A DNA stretch of 64,000 bases from Octopus bimaculoides (Eukaryota), in assembly GCF_001194135.2 (NCBI RefSeq), contig NC_068984.1, forward strand, positions 141,227,972-141,291,971, in the 5' to 3' direction. A program made the translations under genes and the position numbers. Below are positions 50,840-64,000 of the stretch, in pieces. The notes beneath the pieces are model-generated. The model did not search any database. It saw only the letters and a list, made by a program, of their open reading frames with translations, and was not told the DNA's origin. Numbering within the stretch: the stretch's first letter is position 1; the number at the start of each line of letters is the position of its first letter.

Positions 50840-51345
50840 GTGCTGTAATAAGTTGCTTAATCTTTTCCGTGATATCCAATCTCTCCATCACTCTCACCCC
50901 ATTTGCGATGAGGAGTGGGAGGAGGAGGAGGTCTGCTGTGTATTGAATCAGAAAATTTGGTTGAGTAGATGGGAGGCAGTTAGNNNNNNNNNNNNNNNNN
51001 NNNNNNNNNNNNNNNNNNNNNNNNNNNNNNNNNNNNNNNNNNNNNNNNNNNNNNNNNNNNNNNNNNNNNNNNNNNNNNNNNNNNNNNNNNNNNNNNNNNN
51101 NNNNNNNNNNNNNNNNNNNNNNNNNNNNNNNNNNNNNNNNNNNNNNNNNNNNNNNNNNNNNNNNNNNNNNNNNNNNNNNNNNNNNNNNNNNNNNNNNNNN
51201 NNNNNNNNNNNNNNNNNNNNNNNNNNNNNNNNNNNNNNNNNNNNNNNNNNNNNNNNNNNNNNNNNNNNNNNNNNNNNNNNNNNNNNNNNNNNNNNNNNNN
51301 NNNNNNNNNNNNNNNNNNNNNNNNNNNNNNNNNNNNNNNNNNNNN

Positions 51346-51381
<36 letters not shown>

Positions 51382-51409
51382 TGTGCAAATATACTATACA
51401 TGTTTATGA

Positions 51410-51484
<75 letters not shown>

Positions 51485-51679
51485 CACACACACACATATA
51501 TACACGTATACACAATCTGGAGGGATCCAAGTGTAGAAAGTTAGTAAGCTTCAAGCAGTGAGTGGCAGGTATAGAGAACAAAAAGGGGACAGTATATGAG
51601 AAACAAACAATAACAATTTATTGGCACACACACATACATGCAACTACATTGACAAACATACTATACATGTTTGTGTGCA

Positions 51680-51726
<47 letters not shown>

Positions 51727-53379
51727 AGATAATTCACCATACTACCTATTAATACTTGCGCGCGCACAGACACACGCACACACACATTTGCAGCAAGTGA
51801 AACAGTTAGGAAATTTAAAATTACAACCCTGATGGATATATCTTAACACTTCTTTTCTTCTTGGACAAGTAGATAGAAGTCTGGGTGTGCATATATATAT
51901 CGTTGTATTTGGGGATGGTCATGTTGCCAATTTAGCCAATAAAAACACACGCACTGTATATTTGGTGCTCACTTGCTTCAACTTTATTTCACATTAATCG
52001 TATTTCGGCCAGAGTTCTTTCGTCACACGTCTGTGACCTCCTCAGTGGTCCTTTGTCCTTTGCTGATGAGGTCACAGAAGTTTGTTGCGTGAGTGCTAAC
52101 TGTGAGTACTGTTTGGTTCTCTGAGTCTGATTCTCTGCTTACCTATTTATGTATGTTTGTGTTCTATATCTTCTGTTTACACATATTTACTAAAACTGAA
52201 ATTTCAAACTTCGTAACCGAGTTTCCTGTGTTTAATATTTGAACACAACCTGAGTTCTCAGATTTTGTTTTAATGGGAAACTTGATCGATAGAGTTGCCG
52301 TTTCAGTTTTCATAATTATTTTATACACATAAACACACACATGAAGCAGCAGTTTCTTACAAGAACAAACTGGTTCAGATTGTGAGGACCTGGCCAACCC
52401 ACGCCAGCATGGAAAGTAGATGTAAAATCATCACACACACACATACATACATGTATATAAACACATATACAAACATATATTGATATACAAATTTAAAAAA
52501 TCTTTTTTAGTCAGAAGGGAAGGTTGTACCCATGAGCCCTTACACGACCTCCAAGACCAGTGGGAGAGAGGAAGAATGGTGCCTGGCCTGAATACTCGCT
52601 ATAGAGTGAACTTTGCAAAAGGCGCCTAAACTGCCTGGTGGTGATGTTGGCCTGGGTGAGGGATTAAGTGTACCACCCATGTAGGCTGTGGTGGAATCTG
52701 AACTCAGAACTCAAAGAACCGGAACAAATGCTGTAAGGTATTTAGTCCAGTATTGGAACAGTTCCATAAACCCACTGCCTTGGATCAGTACTTTCTTATC
52801 ATCATCATCATCATCATCATCATCATCGTTTAACGTCCGCTTNNNNNNNNNNGTAAGAAGCTTGCTTCCTAACCACATGGTTTCAGGTTCAGTCCCACTG
52901 CACGGCACTTTGGGCAAGAGTCTTCTACTATAGCCTTCAGCCGACCAAAGCCATGTCAGTGGATTTGGCTGACGGAAACTGAAAGAAGCTCATTGTGCGT
53001 GTGTATGTGTGGGTGTGTGTCTCCCTCACTCCCACCCCATACAGCTTGACAACTGGTATTGGTGTGTTGACAACGCCCTAACTTAGTAGTTCAGTCATGG
53101 AGACTAATAGAAGAAGTATCATGCTTAAAAGAAAAACTAAGTACTGGGGTCAATTCATTTGACTGAAAATTCTTCGAGGCAGTGCCCCAGCATGGCCACA
53201 GTCTAATGACTGAAACAAGTAAAAGACAGAAGACGAAGATAGGGTGATGGGGAGTTGGAGGGGGTTTAAAGAACAAGGAGGTGAACAGCAAGATGTATAA
53301 TGTATGTTTGGCATAGAACAGAACATTCCACCCTCTAACCACAACCCACAAGTTAGTGGGAGAGTCAAAAGTGACTTAC

Positions 53380-53497
53380 TCTGAGACTCCACAGCATTTT
53401 GACCAAGGTAGGTGAGCAAACCGATTTTCTTCTCCCATTCCTCTTTCTTTCTCTTCTCCTCGGCTACATGTTCTTCATTTTTCTTACTACTGGATTC
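53380..53497 (-). CDS. LENG1: Internal exon of a leukocyte receptor cluster member 1-like gene (ESSSKKNEEHVAEEKRKKEEWEKKIGLLTYLGQNAVESQ + A)
   Basis: Acceptor ttgtttgttacag, donor A|gtaagt, 118 nt. KKIGLLTYLGQNAVESQ matches human LENG1 KALGILTYLGQSAAEAQ. No other exons located. Confidence 0.8.
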
Positions 53498-55169
53498 CTG
53501 TAACAAACAATAATCAATCAACATAGCCGATGGAACAAAATTCCTGCAGCAAACCAAAATAAATAAACTACCACACGCATACACCACAATCACAATGATC
53601 TTGATAAGATTTGAACTCAAAACAATAAGATCATCATCATCATCATCATTTAAAGTCCAGTTTCCATGCTGGCATGGGTTGGATGGTTTGACAGGGGCTG
53701 GCTAAGCAGAAGACTGCACCAGGCTTCATTGTCTGTTTTGACGGGGTTTTTACAGCTGGATGCCCTTCCTAATACCAACCACCTTAGCGGTATTTTGTCT
53801 GTCTTTTTGTTCTGAGTTTAAATTCCGCCGAGATCAACTTTGCCTTTCATCCTTTCGGGGTCGATAAATNNNNNNNNNNAGGTCAACTTTGCCTGTCATC
53901 CTTTTGGGGTTGATAAATTAAGTACCAGTTGCAAACTGGGTTCGATCTAATCGGCTGGGTTCCCTCTCCAAACATTTTGGGCCTTGTGCCTAGTGTAGAA
54001 AAGAATATTTTCTTATTTGAAGGCAGCGAGCTGGCAGAAATGTTAGCACACCAGGCAAAATGCTTAGTGGTATTTCGTTTGTCTTTACGTTCTGAGTTCA
54101 AATTCCGCCGAGGTTGACTTTGCTTTTCATCCTTTCGGAGTTGATAAATTAAGTACCAGTTGCATACAGGGGTCGATCTAATCGACTTGTCCCCTCCCAC
54201 AAAATATTGGGCCTTGTGCCTAGAGTAGAAAAGAAATACTGAGTCATTTTTGTCCAAAGCTCTAAGGATTCCATCTATTTATGTACACAGACGAACTATA
54301 TAAATTCACAAATAAACATTTCTTTCCATGTATCGTATAATACATATGATCCCATTGCATGGCGCCTTGGGCAAGTGTCTTCTGCTTTGACTTTGGATTG
54401 ACTTAAGCCTTGTGAGTGGATTTGGTAGATGGAAACTGAAAGAAGCCTGTCATGTATATTTGTGCTTGTGTGTGTCCCACTTCTGTTTGACAACTGGTAT
54501 TGGTATGTTTATGTACATGTAACTTAGTTCGGCGAAAGAGACTGATGAAATAAGTACCAGGCTTAAAAAAATTTGACAAAAAAGTCTTCAGGACAGTGCC
54601 CCAGCATGGCCACAGTCTAATGTTTGAAACAGGTAAAAGATAAAAGATGGTTGTGTATACATGCAAATGTAGTATGTTGATGAATAGCTGAGACTCTTTA
54701 GCTTGCGTGTCTCCTCCCTAGTTTAGCAGTTAAGTCTTCAGCAAAGTCCACCAGGCCTTGTGTTGTCTTGATATCTTGATCTACTGCTTCTTACTGTTGT
54801 AACACACAAATGGAGATTTTTCTTCTTCCTTTATTCTGTGTCTGCTTCAATGGACTATGGCTGCTGGTCCTCCCACCCCATCTTCCAGTCTGTAAGAACA
54901 CATCTGTCAAACATTTACTGGAAAGCATTCTGTTGGCTGTTTGTTTTCCTTCACAATTTTTGGCCTTGTAACTCTTAGAAGTTGTGTGTGTTTGTGTGTC
55001 TGGCAGGTGCTGTGGAGTAATTCTAACCTGAAATGGTTTGAACTGGACATGAACTGATCTTGTAATCAGGACAGCAAGGAAGCCTCCTGGGACAGCTTGA
55101 CCCAGAAGCAAAAATAGCAGCCAGATCTTTATTGACAAGACATGATAGGATTGGGATAATGCAAACTTA

Positions 55170-55620
55170 GATACATCATCATCATCATTATCGTTTAACG
55201 CCCGTTTTCCATGCTGGCATGGGCTGGACGGTTCAACTGGGGTCTGGGAAGCCAGGAGGCTGCACCAGGCCCCAATCTGATCTGGCAGTGTTTCTACAGC
55301 TGGATGCCCTTCCTAACGCCAACCACTTTGAGAGTGTAGTGGGTGCTTTTTACGTGCCACCGGCACAGGGCCCAGAGGAGCTAGCATCAACCACGATTGG
55401 GTGGTGCTTTATACGTGCCACCGGCACGGAAGCCAGTCAAAGCAGCACTGGCATCGGCCACGTTTGGATGGTGCTTTTTATGTGCCACCGGCACAGGGAT
55501 CACATCTACAATTTCCTTTTGATTTTGATGTACTTGACTCAATAGGTCTCCTCAAGCACAGCATGTTGCCCTACGATCCAAGGTACTTTTGAGTGGGCTG
55601 GTTATGCGACACTGGTGTAG
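55170..55620 (-). mobile_element. Retroposon family E with (GAT)n tail. Fragments at about 25440-25725, 27257-27470, 29460-29690, 30200-30370, 30515-30620, 36560-36690, 39020-39140, 39500-39650, 40530-40600, 45060-45250, 47575-47880, 53635-53785, 58995-59100, 59575-59685
   Basis: Repeated ggttggcgttaggaagggcatccagctgtagaaac and ccaacccatgc(c/t)agcatggaaagcggacgttaaacgatgatgat. Confidence 0.85.
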
Positions 55621-57603
55621 GTGACATTTGTAAAAAAGAAAAAAACAAAAATGGAATTGTCATGGCTAGAGCTTCTTTGATTATAAATTGACTTGATCAG
55701 AGCTGATCTGGAGCTAAACAGCAACAAACCACACCATTTTGGCAAGCCAATAGGAAACTCTCAATTGGGTTATTTGTCCTACTAGAAATAGCAGCCAAAC
55801 CATTCTTGAATCCCATCTGAGCAACACTTGTTGGATAATATATTTACAAATACATTGTATGAATCAAAAAGGATGTTTGTCATGGATGGCACTCCCTTGG
55901 TGAAAGAAAGGTCTGCTTGATTAGGGCAAACTTAACGGCTAAACAGCACTGGAATTCTACTCCATTTATTTCTTGCAGTAAATCGGTCTATGTTGCTAAT
56001 AGTGGATCCTAACTGATACTAAACTGCATTTTTAATGTTAACACTAACTTAGCTATTGCTTTTCATGCAGATGGCATCTGTGAGTAATTAACTTCAGATA
56101 TTTATTTCTTTTAAATGTGCTAGTCCCTAGTCCCTCTGCATAGCATCTTGAGTGAGTGTATTTTTTGTATAAACCTAGAGTGATCATTGCCTTGTGAAAG
56201 TATCTGATTGATGTGTGTGTAAATGTTTTCAAAGTACAGTGAGCAAGTTACAAAAAGGGACACCCCCATTTGTGGCTGGACTGCAATTGGCGACACTTGT
56301 TGACATTTCTTGTCAACAAATCATTCACTATAGCTGTGCTTTTGAATTCTTCTGGAATAGGCAATCCTTTACTTGAAAAATAGTCATGAGGTGGTGATAG
56401 GAAGAGCATCTGAGCATAAATATACTGCCTCATTTACCTCCTGTCTAAATCCTGCCAGTATTGAAAAACATGTTAAACGCAACAGATGAATTAAATTTTT
56501 AACACCTACTCATGTACAACATTGTACATCAATTTGGTGATAATATCACTGCTTTGGGGAAGTATATACTTTGCTGAGGATGTCTAAGAAGACTGAAATA
56601 TGTTCAGGGTTATCTCCCTTGTTTGCTGAAATGATATATGTAATATTCCTCAAGTTGTCTTTTGTCAGCCTATTATTTTTTTAAGTAGTTTTTTTCTTTT
56701 TTTTCTTTGGTCCTTCCAAAAGGCAGCCCCATCAATATACTGTCTATTGTCTCCAAAAGCCTAACCACATGGTTCAAGTGGTACATTAGGAAACAACAAA
56801 AACTATTTAATAATAAAGACTGGAAAACAATAGTTAAGAATGAGTCACACAAACCAACGAGAGAGCTTTTATGTAGTCACTCTATTTGCTGGCTGAAATG
56901 TTAGCATGCCGGGCGAAATACTTAGCGGTATTTCGTCTGCCGTTATGTTCTGAGTTCAAATTCTGCTAAGGTCAACTTTGCCTTTCATCCTTTTGGGGTC
57001 GATAAATTAAGTACCAGTTACGCACTGGGGTCAATGTAATCGACTTAATCCCTTTGTTTATCCTTGTTTGTCCCCTCTATGTTTAGCTCCTTGTGGGCAA
57101 TAAAGAAATAAGAAGTTTGCTTTCCAACCACATCATTTCGGGTTCAGTCCCACTGTGTGATATTTTGTGCAAGTGTCCATCAAAGCCTTGTGAGCAGATT
57201 TGCTAGAGAGAAATGTACTAGCTATATTTCAATATTGTAAAATTGGAAAAATTGGAAATAATAAAACATCAAAATCAGATTAGGCTGGGATTTCTTTCAT
57301 TAATATATTCTTCTACACAATCATACAAACTCTGATATTTATATCTGTCTGTCTGTCTGTCTAACAAAGAAACAAACAAACATAGTTGAGGAAACTTTTT
57401 TTCCTATAGTTTTTCTATTGTGCAAGTTAATTAACAGCACTCATTAGTGCTGGTGTCATTTGAAAAGTACCCAGTACACACTGTAAAGTGGTTCGCCTTA
57501 GAAACCATGCCAAAATGAACTTTAAAACTTGACACAGTTCTGTGGGTCACTGGTTCCTATAAAACCATCTAACCCACGCTAGCATAGAAAATAAATGTTT
57601 ATA

Positions 57604-57648
<45 letters not shown>

Positions 57649-58251
57649 NNNNNNNNNNNNNNNNNNNNNNNNNNNNNNNNNNNNNNNNNNNNNNNNNNNN
57701 NNNNNNNNNNNNNNNNNNNNNNNNNNNNNNNNNNNNNNNNNNNNNNNNNNNNNNNNNNNNNNNNNNNNNNNNNNNNNNNNNNNNNNNNNNNNNNNNNNNN
57801 NNNNNNNNNNNNNNNNNNNNNNNNNNNNNNNNNNNNNNNNNNNNNNNNNNNNNNNNNNNNNNNNNNNNNNNNNNNNNNNNNNNNNNNNNNNNNNNNNNNN
57901 NNNNNNNNNNNNNNNNNNNNNNNNNNNNNNNNNNNNNNNNNNNNNNNNNNNNNNNNNNNNNNNNNNNNNNNNNNNNNNNNNNNNNNNNNNNNNNNNNNNN
58001 NNNNNNNNNNNNNNNNNNNNNTGTAAACTACAAGGGGCTAAGTGTAGGAAGTTAGTAAGTTTCGAGGAGTTAGGTATAAAAAAAAGAACTTTCAGGAACA
58101 ATAATATTTTATTGGCATAGAAGGTTGTAGGCTTTTTTTTGGCTTGATGAATAGCTAGTGGAGTACCCCTCATTGAGTACTTATTTCTTCTGAGGTTCTG
58201 CTAGCTAGGAAACATGTAACCTGAATTTTACCTGTTCCATTCTGTCAATTT

Positions 58252-58314
<63 letters not shown>

Positions 58315-59339
58315 GACATGAATTTCCCACATAACTTCTGTAAAGCTTTCCTAGCAAATTTGCTTGCACCTCTTACCTGAGCCACGAAAACTACACGCTC
58401 TGTTCGCACACACTCACACAAATTATGTTGACATACAATATATGTAGCTACAGACATTGCTATTATGCTGATACTATAGTTGTTTCTAGTTGGTCAGTCA
58501 AAAGTTGGTTGGTTAGTAGTGATGTTGGTTGTATTGATTTTGGTGATGGGAGGGGTGTTCTTGGCAGTAGTCATATTGTTCTTGTTTAGTTTCGAGTCAA
58601 TCTTCATTAACCTATAATCAGAGTCATCTCATTAACATTTTAAGTACTCTAGGATGCCATATTATCTCCTGCAAGTGTCATGCAATTATCTCATGCAATT
58701 TAGAAGGAATTGTTTACCTCAATACTATTGTGACTGTTGTTGGTCATTAAGAAGTTGGCAGTTTGGTTAAATAATGGTTCTGGTGCTAATAGTAGCTGTG
58801 TTCGTGTTGATGGACAATGGTGGTGGTGTAGGTTGAGATATATACATATTGTGATCCAAGAATACTTACACAAGCACATGTACACAAATATTCAGTGAAA
58901 AATTACGCTTAACTGTTTGTTTATAGTGATGCATACACAAACATTTACACACACGGACACACGTCACACTCATAGACACATGCAAGCACACAGCCCATCA
59001 TCATCATCATCATCATCGTTTAACGTCCGCTTTCCATGCTAGCATGGGTTGGACGATTTGACTGAGGACTGGTGAAACCGGATGGCAACACCAGGCTCAA
59101 ATACTAGAGGTGTGTATATACTGACATACGCACACACATACACACAGACAGACAGACAGACAGACACACAGACACACAGACAGACACACTCACACACAGA
59201 CACACACAGATACACAGTCACACACACAGACAGACATACACACACACAGACAGACACACACACACACACATACAGATACACAGACACACAGATACACTCA
59301 GACACACACACACACACACACACAGATGTTGCAAGTTTG

Positions 59340-59572
59340 AGGATTACAGGTCAGTGCAGATGGCATATCTGCAGCCACTTTTCTCCATTGCCTTGCACCC
59401 TGAAGCCTGTTATTACTGGCTGCAACAAAGTTTTTAATATCATTTTCCATTTTGTTCGTTCCAAGGCTGTTTGCTGAAAGGTGATATGAGCCATCTTCAT
59501 CTCTAAGAGGTTACTCTTTTGCTTGTCCTTATATCTGAGCCATGGTCGACCAACATTCCTGTTCCCACTCTC
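59340..59572 (-). mobile_element. RTE-clade LINE ORF2 C-terminal remnant
   Basis: Minus frame ESGNRNVGRPWLRYKDKQKSNL...ALERTKWK fits GxRxxGRPxLRYKD...A.DRxxW. Confidence 0.7.
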
Positions 59573-59889
59573 AAGCTGCCAGATCAGATTGGAGCCTGGT
59601 GCAGCCTTCTGGTTCGCCAGTCCTCAGTCAAATCGTCCAACCCATGCTAGCATGGAAGGCGGACATTAAACGATGATGATGATATATATATATGTATAAC
59701 ACACACATATGCATATATTATGTCATATAAAAAAAGAGAACACGAACGGGGTTTCATAATTATGACAGCTGTTTCGGTGGAATTTTATATGTAGTATACA
59801 TAGATACTTATCTATGTACACACACTCTGTGTCTGTTATAAAACTCCTCTTATCAACTTTCACATGTTTATAAATCTTGACCAATATAT

Positions 59890-59975
<86 letters not shown>

Positions 59976-60094
59976 GTGCGCTCACTTTCCTCCCTCTCTC
60001 TCTCACTCTTTCCGATTTGATTTTGTGTCTGTCTATATGGACAATCCTCTTTATACTTGATTGTAAATTAAATACATACCATGCAGGCACATGT

Positions 60095-60125
<31 letters not shown>

Positions 60126-60773
60126 TGCTTATGCAAATGTGCACACACATATACAAGAACGCACATACATGCATACACATTATGTATGCATGTGTGATGG
60201 TAGTACTGGTGCTTGTGGAGTGGGGTTACATTTTGTGATGGTTTTGGTTGCTGTAGTGGTGGTGATACTTTTAGCGATGGTGGTAGTGGTGGTGGTTGCA
60301 GTGCCCTTGGTGGTGGTTGTACTTTTAGTAATGGTTGCAAGTTTGTTAATTCCAGGTCAACTCTGTTTGAGCAGATCTGTGATCGTAGCCATTCCAACCA
60401 TGACATCGTGTCTTTTTGTTTATTGGGACATATTGGGGGGCAACATTCATTTCTGTATCTTTTCGTTCTTAAGATTGCAGCATGTGATTTGTGGAGGTTT
60501 AGCTGCTATTTCTAGTAAGTTAAGCGGCCACCAGAGGCCTCTGTTGTTTTCAATGAGGCTGGCGGAGGAAGAGGTTGTAGTAGTGGTGATCATAGTTGTT
60601 GTAGTTGCAGTAGTTGTGCTTATTGAGAGAGAGAGAGAGGGAGGGAGGGAGAGAGGATGTAACTACTACTATTCTTCTTTCCACCACCTCCTACCACTCC
60701 CCATCTCCTCCTCCTCCTCCCCTTAACACAATTACTCATGTCATATTAGTCACATAAACAGTAGCCCTACCTC

Positions 60774-60804
<31 letters not shown>

Positions 60805-60921
60805 GATATTGCTGCAGAAAGGTGTGGGGGAGGAGGTGATGAAAGCAAGAGGTGGAAGAAGGGTGCAATACATTTAAGCATCATTCCCTCTTCCCATCAC
60901 TCTTATATTTCCCCTCCTTCA

Positions 60922-60972
<51 letters not shown>

Positions 60973-63798
60973 ATAGATATTCCTTGAGGTTCTACCATTT
61001 AATTGTGACTGTTGTAGAACAGCAGTAACTGAGAAGAAGATTGAAAGAGGAAGATAGATTGCCATATTGTTGTTCTTTTAACCCTAGGTCATCTCGTATT
61101 GAGCCAGCCTATAAGATGCAAGGCATTCCAATTGTGACCATCTCATCATTTTTATACGTTTAGGGAACCCAAGACTATATTATTGAACGCCCTTTTTGTA
61201 CGATGGTTGGGGTGAAGTCTGAGGAAAATTTAGCTGTTGTTTCTGTCAGGTTGTATGACCATGTGATGACCACTTGTAGCTGCTGTTTACCTGAATGTTC
61301 AGACCTCATGTTCAAAGGTTATCCAACAATGACCATCCCCATTTTCTCCAGGTGTGGAACTCCATTATTTACATAGCATTTACTTTAGACAGCATGTTTT
61401 AAGAGAGAGATTCAGCTGCTATTTCTAGCTGTTAAGATACCCATTTAAGGACACATTAATTAGTGCCTCATTCTAAGCAACGATTGTCATATTTTCTGTT
61501 CTTTTTATTTAAAATTTTTTTTAAAGAATTTAGTGAGTGATTTAACAGATTTAGCTGTTATTTCTAGCAGGTTAAGCTCCTTCAGAATCTTTAGAGTGTT
61601 TCTTTTTGTCTGGCTTAAGTACCAGTGATATACTGTGGCTGATAATTGACTAAACCCTTTCCTTTAAAATTTCTGGTCTTATATCTTCAAAACAATTATG
61701 ATTATGGCAGAGCTATTAGCTTGGGACATGTCTTGTAGTTTTTCATTGCACCATTTCGTTGACTTTTCTTTTCATCCTCCCAGATCTGATCAAAATGAAT
61801 GCCAGTTAAATATTTATTTCTTTATTGCCCACAGGAGGTGGGGGGGNNNNNNNNNNNNNNNNNNNNNNNNNNNNNNNNNNNNNNNNNNNNNNNNNNNNNN
61901 NNNNNNNNNNNNNNNNNNNNNNNNNNNNNNNNNNNNNNNNNNNNNNNNNNNNNNNNNNNNNNNNNNNNNNNNNNNNNNNNNNNNNNNNNNNNNNNNNNNN
62001 NNNNNNNNNNNNNNNNNNNNNNNNNNNNNNNNNNNNNNNNNNNNNNNNNNNNNNNNNNNNNNNNNNNNNNNNNNNNNNNNNNNNNNNNNNNNNNNNNNNN
62101 NNNNNNNNNNNNNNNNNNNNNNNNNNNNNNNNNNNNNNNNNNNNNNNNNNNNNNNNNNNNNNNNNNNNNNNNNNNNNNNNNNNNNNNNNNNNNNNNNNNN
62201 NNNNNNNNNNNNNNNNNNNNNNNNNNNNNNGGCTATAGGAGAAGACATATGCCCAAGGTGTCACGCAGTGGGACTGAACCCGGAACCCTGTGGTTCGTAA
62301 GCAAGCTACTTACCACACAGCCACTCCTACGCCTATGGTCAGCTTTGACTAACAACCCCTTTTCCTTTTTGTTCATGTGTGTGTGTGTACACGTCTGTAT
62401 GTGTGCATGTTTAGATGTGTGTACATGTGTAATTCTATAGCTTGTTTCAGCCACGAAGGCTAAGGCCACAATGGTGCCATGGCCTTAGCCTTTACACCTA
62501 AGACAAACTGTCGATTATATAATTATATATAAATATACTCTTTATGTGTGTGTAAATATATGTTATGTGTCGCTCCACACATGCGTATACATAAGTGTAT
62601 ATATGTATATGTTGTGTAGGGTGCATAATATATATGTGTATACTTACACACACAGACATGTATTCACAAGCCTCAATCCTGTCTGTGTGTGTGTGTGTGT
62701 TATCCCTCATCCTTCCCCACTGTCGGCTGACATTTCCGGAAATGAATGCAATCTGAAGTGTCAACAAAATACCTCCTTTGTTAAAATGACAGGGTCTTTA
62801 CCTCTGCCTTCTTCCATCCCTCTCTCCTTCCACATCTCTCTTCCTTTTTTTTTGCCTCTTTCTCCCTCATCTCAATTTTGATATAATATTTGCCTGTTCC
62901 TTTCCCCTTTGAATTACCATAAACATGATGAGGGGTGGTGGTGGTGGTGGTGGTGGCAGTAATGATGGTTGTAGTGACTGTAACAGGGATGGTGGTGGTG
63001 GTGGTGCTGGTTGTAATTGTGATGTGACAGAAGAGAGAAATGTTGACACTGTAGTAGTCTGAATGATGTAACGAAGGTTTTGGTTGGAAGGGGTCTAGTG
63101 CTCCCACTTATTGATTTTGCTCACCCCTACAACATCTCTTCTGTTATTGATCAGTGCAGCTACGTGTAATAAGATATTAGTTTCACATTTTGGCACAAGG
63201 CCAGCAAGTTTGGGGGAGGGGGAAAGTCAATTACATCGGCCCCCCCAATGCTGGGGGAAATGCTTAGTGCTGTTTCGTCTCTCTGTATGTTCTGAGATCA
63301 AATTCCTGTTGAGATTGACTTTGCCTTTCGTCCTTTTTGGGGTGGTCAATAAAATAAGTACCAGTTGAGTCCTGTGGTCAATCTAATTGACTTACCCCCC
63401 CNNNNNNNNNNNNNNNNNNNNNNNNNNNNNNNNNNNNNNCCCTCACCACCCTTGAAAATTACTGGCCCTGTGCCAACATCTGAAACCAGTGTCACTGACT
63501 CCAGTTCTGGACTCGACTGGTGCTTTATTTTATTGACTCCAGACCGATGAAAGGCAATCCTTGGCGACGTATAGAGCCAGAGGAAATACTGCGAGGCATG
63601 TTGTCCGATTCTCTGATGAATCCACAAATACATCAGCCTTCAGCTGTTTCTAATTCAGGCAGAGGGCCAGTCATTTTTGAAGAGAGGAGCTAATCAATGC
63701 CATCGACCCTAATAAATATTAGGGTACTTTATCAGCTTTGGAAGTATGAAAGGCAGAGTTGACCAATGTTGAATTTGAACTCAGAATGGAACAAATTC

Positions 63799-64000
63799 TA
63801 CGAGGGTGAGTCAAAAAGTAATGCCATTTTGTTTAGGGCAGGTATAATTACCAACACAGGAACATGTATCATACATCAAAATGAAGCTGGTCCTCTGTGG
63901 ATCACATCCCTACTTCTCAACATAGTCACCGTTTCTCTCAATAGCAATGTTCTACCTTCGTATGAGAGCATGTATCCCTGCCTCGTAAAATTCTGTTGAC
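63799..64000 (-). mobile_element. Mariner 3' end running off the window
   Basis: TA-CGAGGGTGAGTCAAAAAGT terminal repeat. Minus strand encodes STEFYEAGIHALIRR*NIAIERNGDYVEK*, a typical mariner C-terminus. Confidence 0.88.

Noticed and set aside
54791-55138. 115-aa ORF with a signal-peptide-like start (MSIKIWLLFLLL)
   Set aside because: The hydrophobic start derives from the family F repeat motif gctgctattttt. No homology or convincing splice structure.
55342-55494. CRISPR-like pattern: three 25-bp repeats ggtgctttttacgtgccaccggcac with an internal hairpin, separated by 36- and 42-nt spacers
   Set aside because: The spacers resemble each other, the unit is an internal repeat of retroposon family E seen elsewhere in the window, there are no cas genes, and the context is eukaryotic.
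56248-56433. 61-aa minus-strand ORF considered as a further LENG1 exon
   Set aside because: No similarity to any LENG1 region and no convincing splice sites.
60091-60726. Long ORFs rich in V/C/G/T/H, and similar ORFs across N gaps
   Set aside because: They are translations of degenerate (GTG)/(CA)n microsatellites or of N runs.

Overview
AT-rich, repeat-dense eukaryotic draft-assembly window with many N gaps. The SINE families and the 5S rRNA type point to a cephalopod, probably Octopus (inference). Genes: (1) a six-exon PSMG1 (proteasome assembly chaperone 1) on the + strand, 22476-32166, at least 266 aa, with the end of exon 3 lost in a gap; (2) coding exon 1 of an LRCH-family gene on the + strand (41498-41669), with no exon 2 found in the window; (3) one well-spliced LENG1-like exon on the - strand (53380-53497), apparently inside the LRCH first intron. 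Other elements: one dispersed 5S rRNA copy whose substitutions mostly keep base pairing, three decayed mariner fragments, two TTAA-flanked piggyBac-type MITEs, a ~200 bp fold-back element, two LINE ORF2 remnants, dozens of SINE copies (at least five families) and many microsatellites. The main hidden signal is a set of minimal, Penelope-type hammerhead ribozyme motifs (5145, 29736, 45933, 49641, and a weaker one near 52000) carried on short non-coding elements, including a recurrent CUGUUGA core variant. Nearly all ORFs in the supplied track are microsatellite, SINE or gap artefacts.
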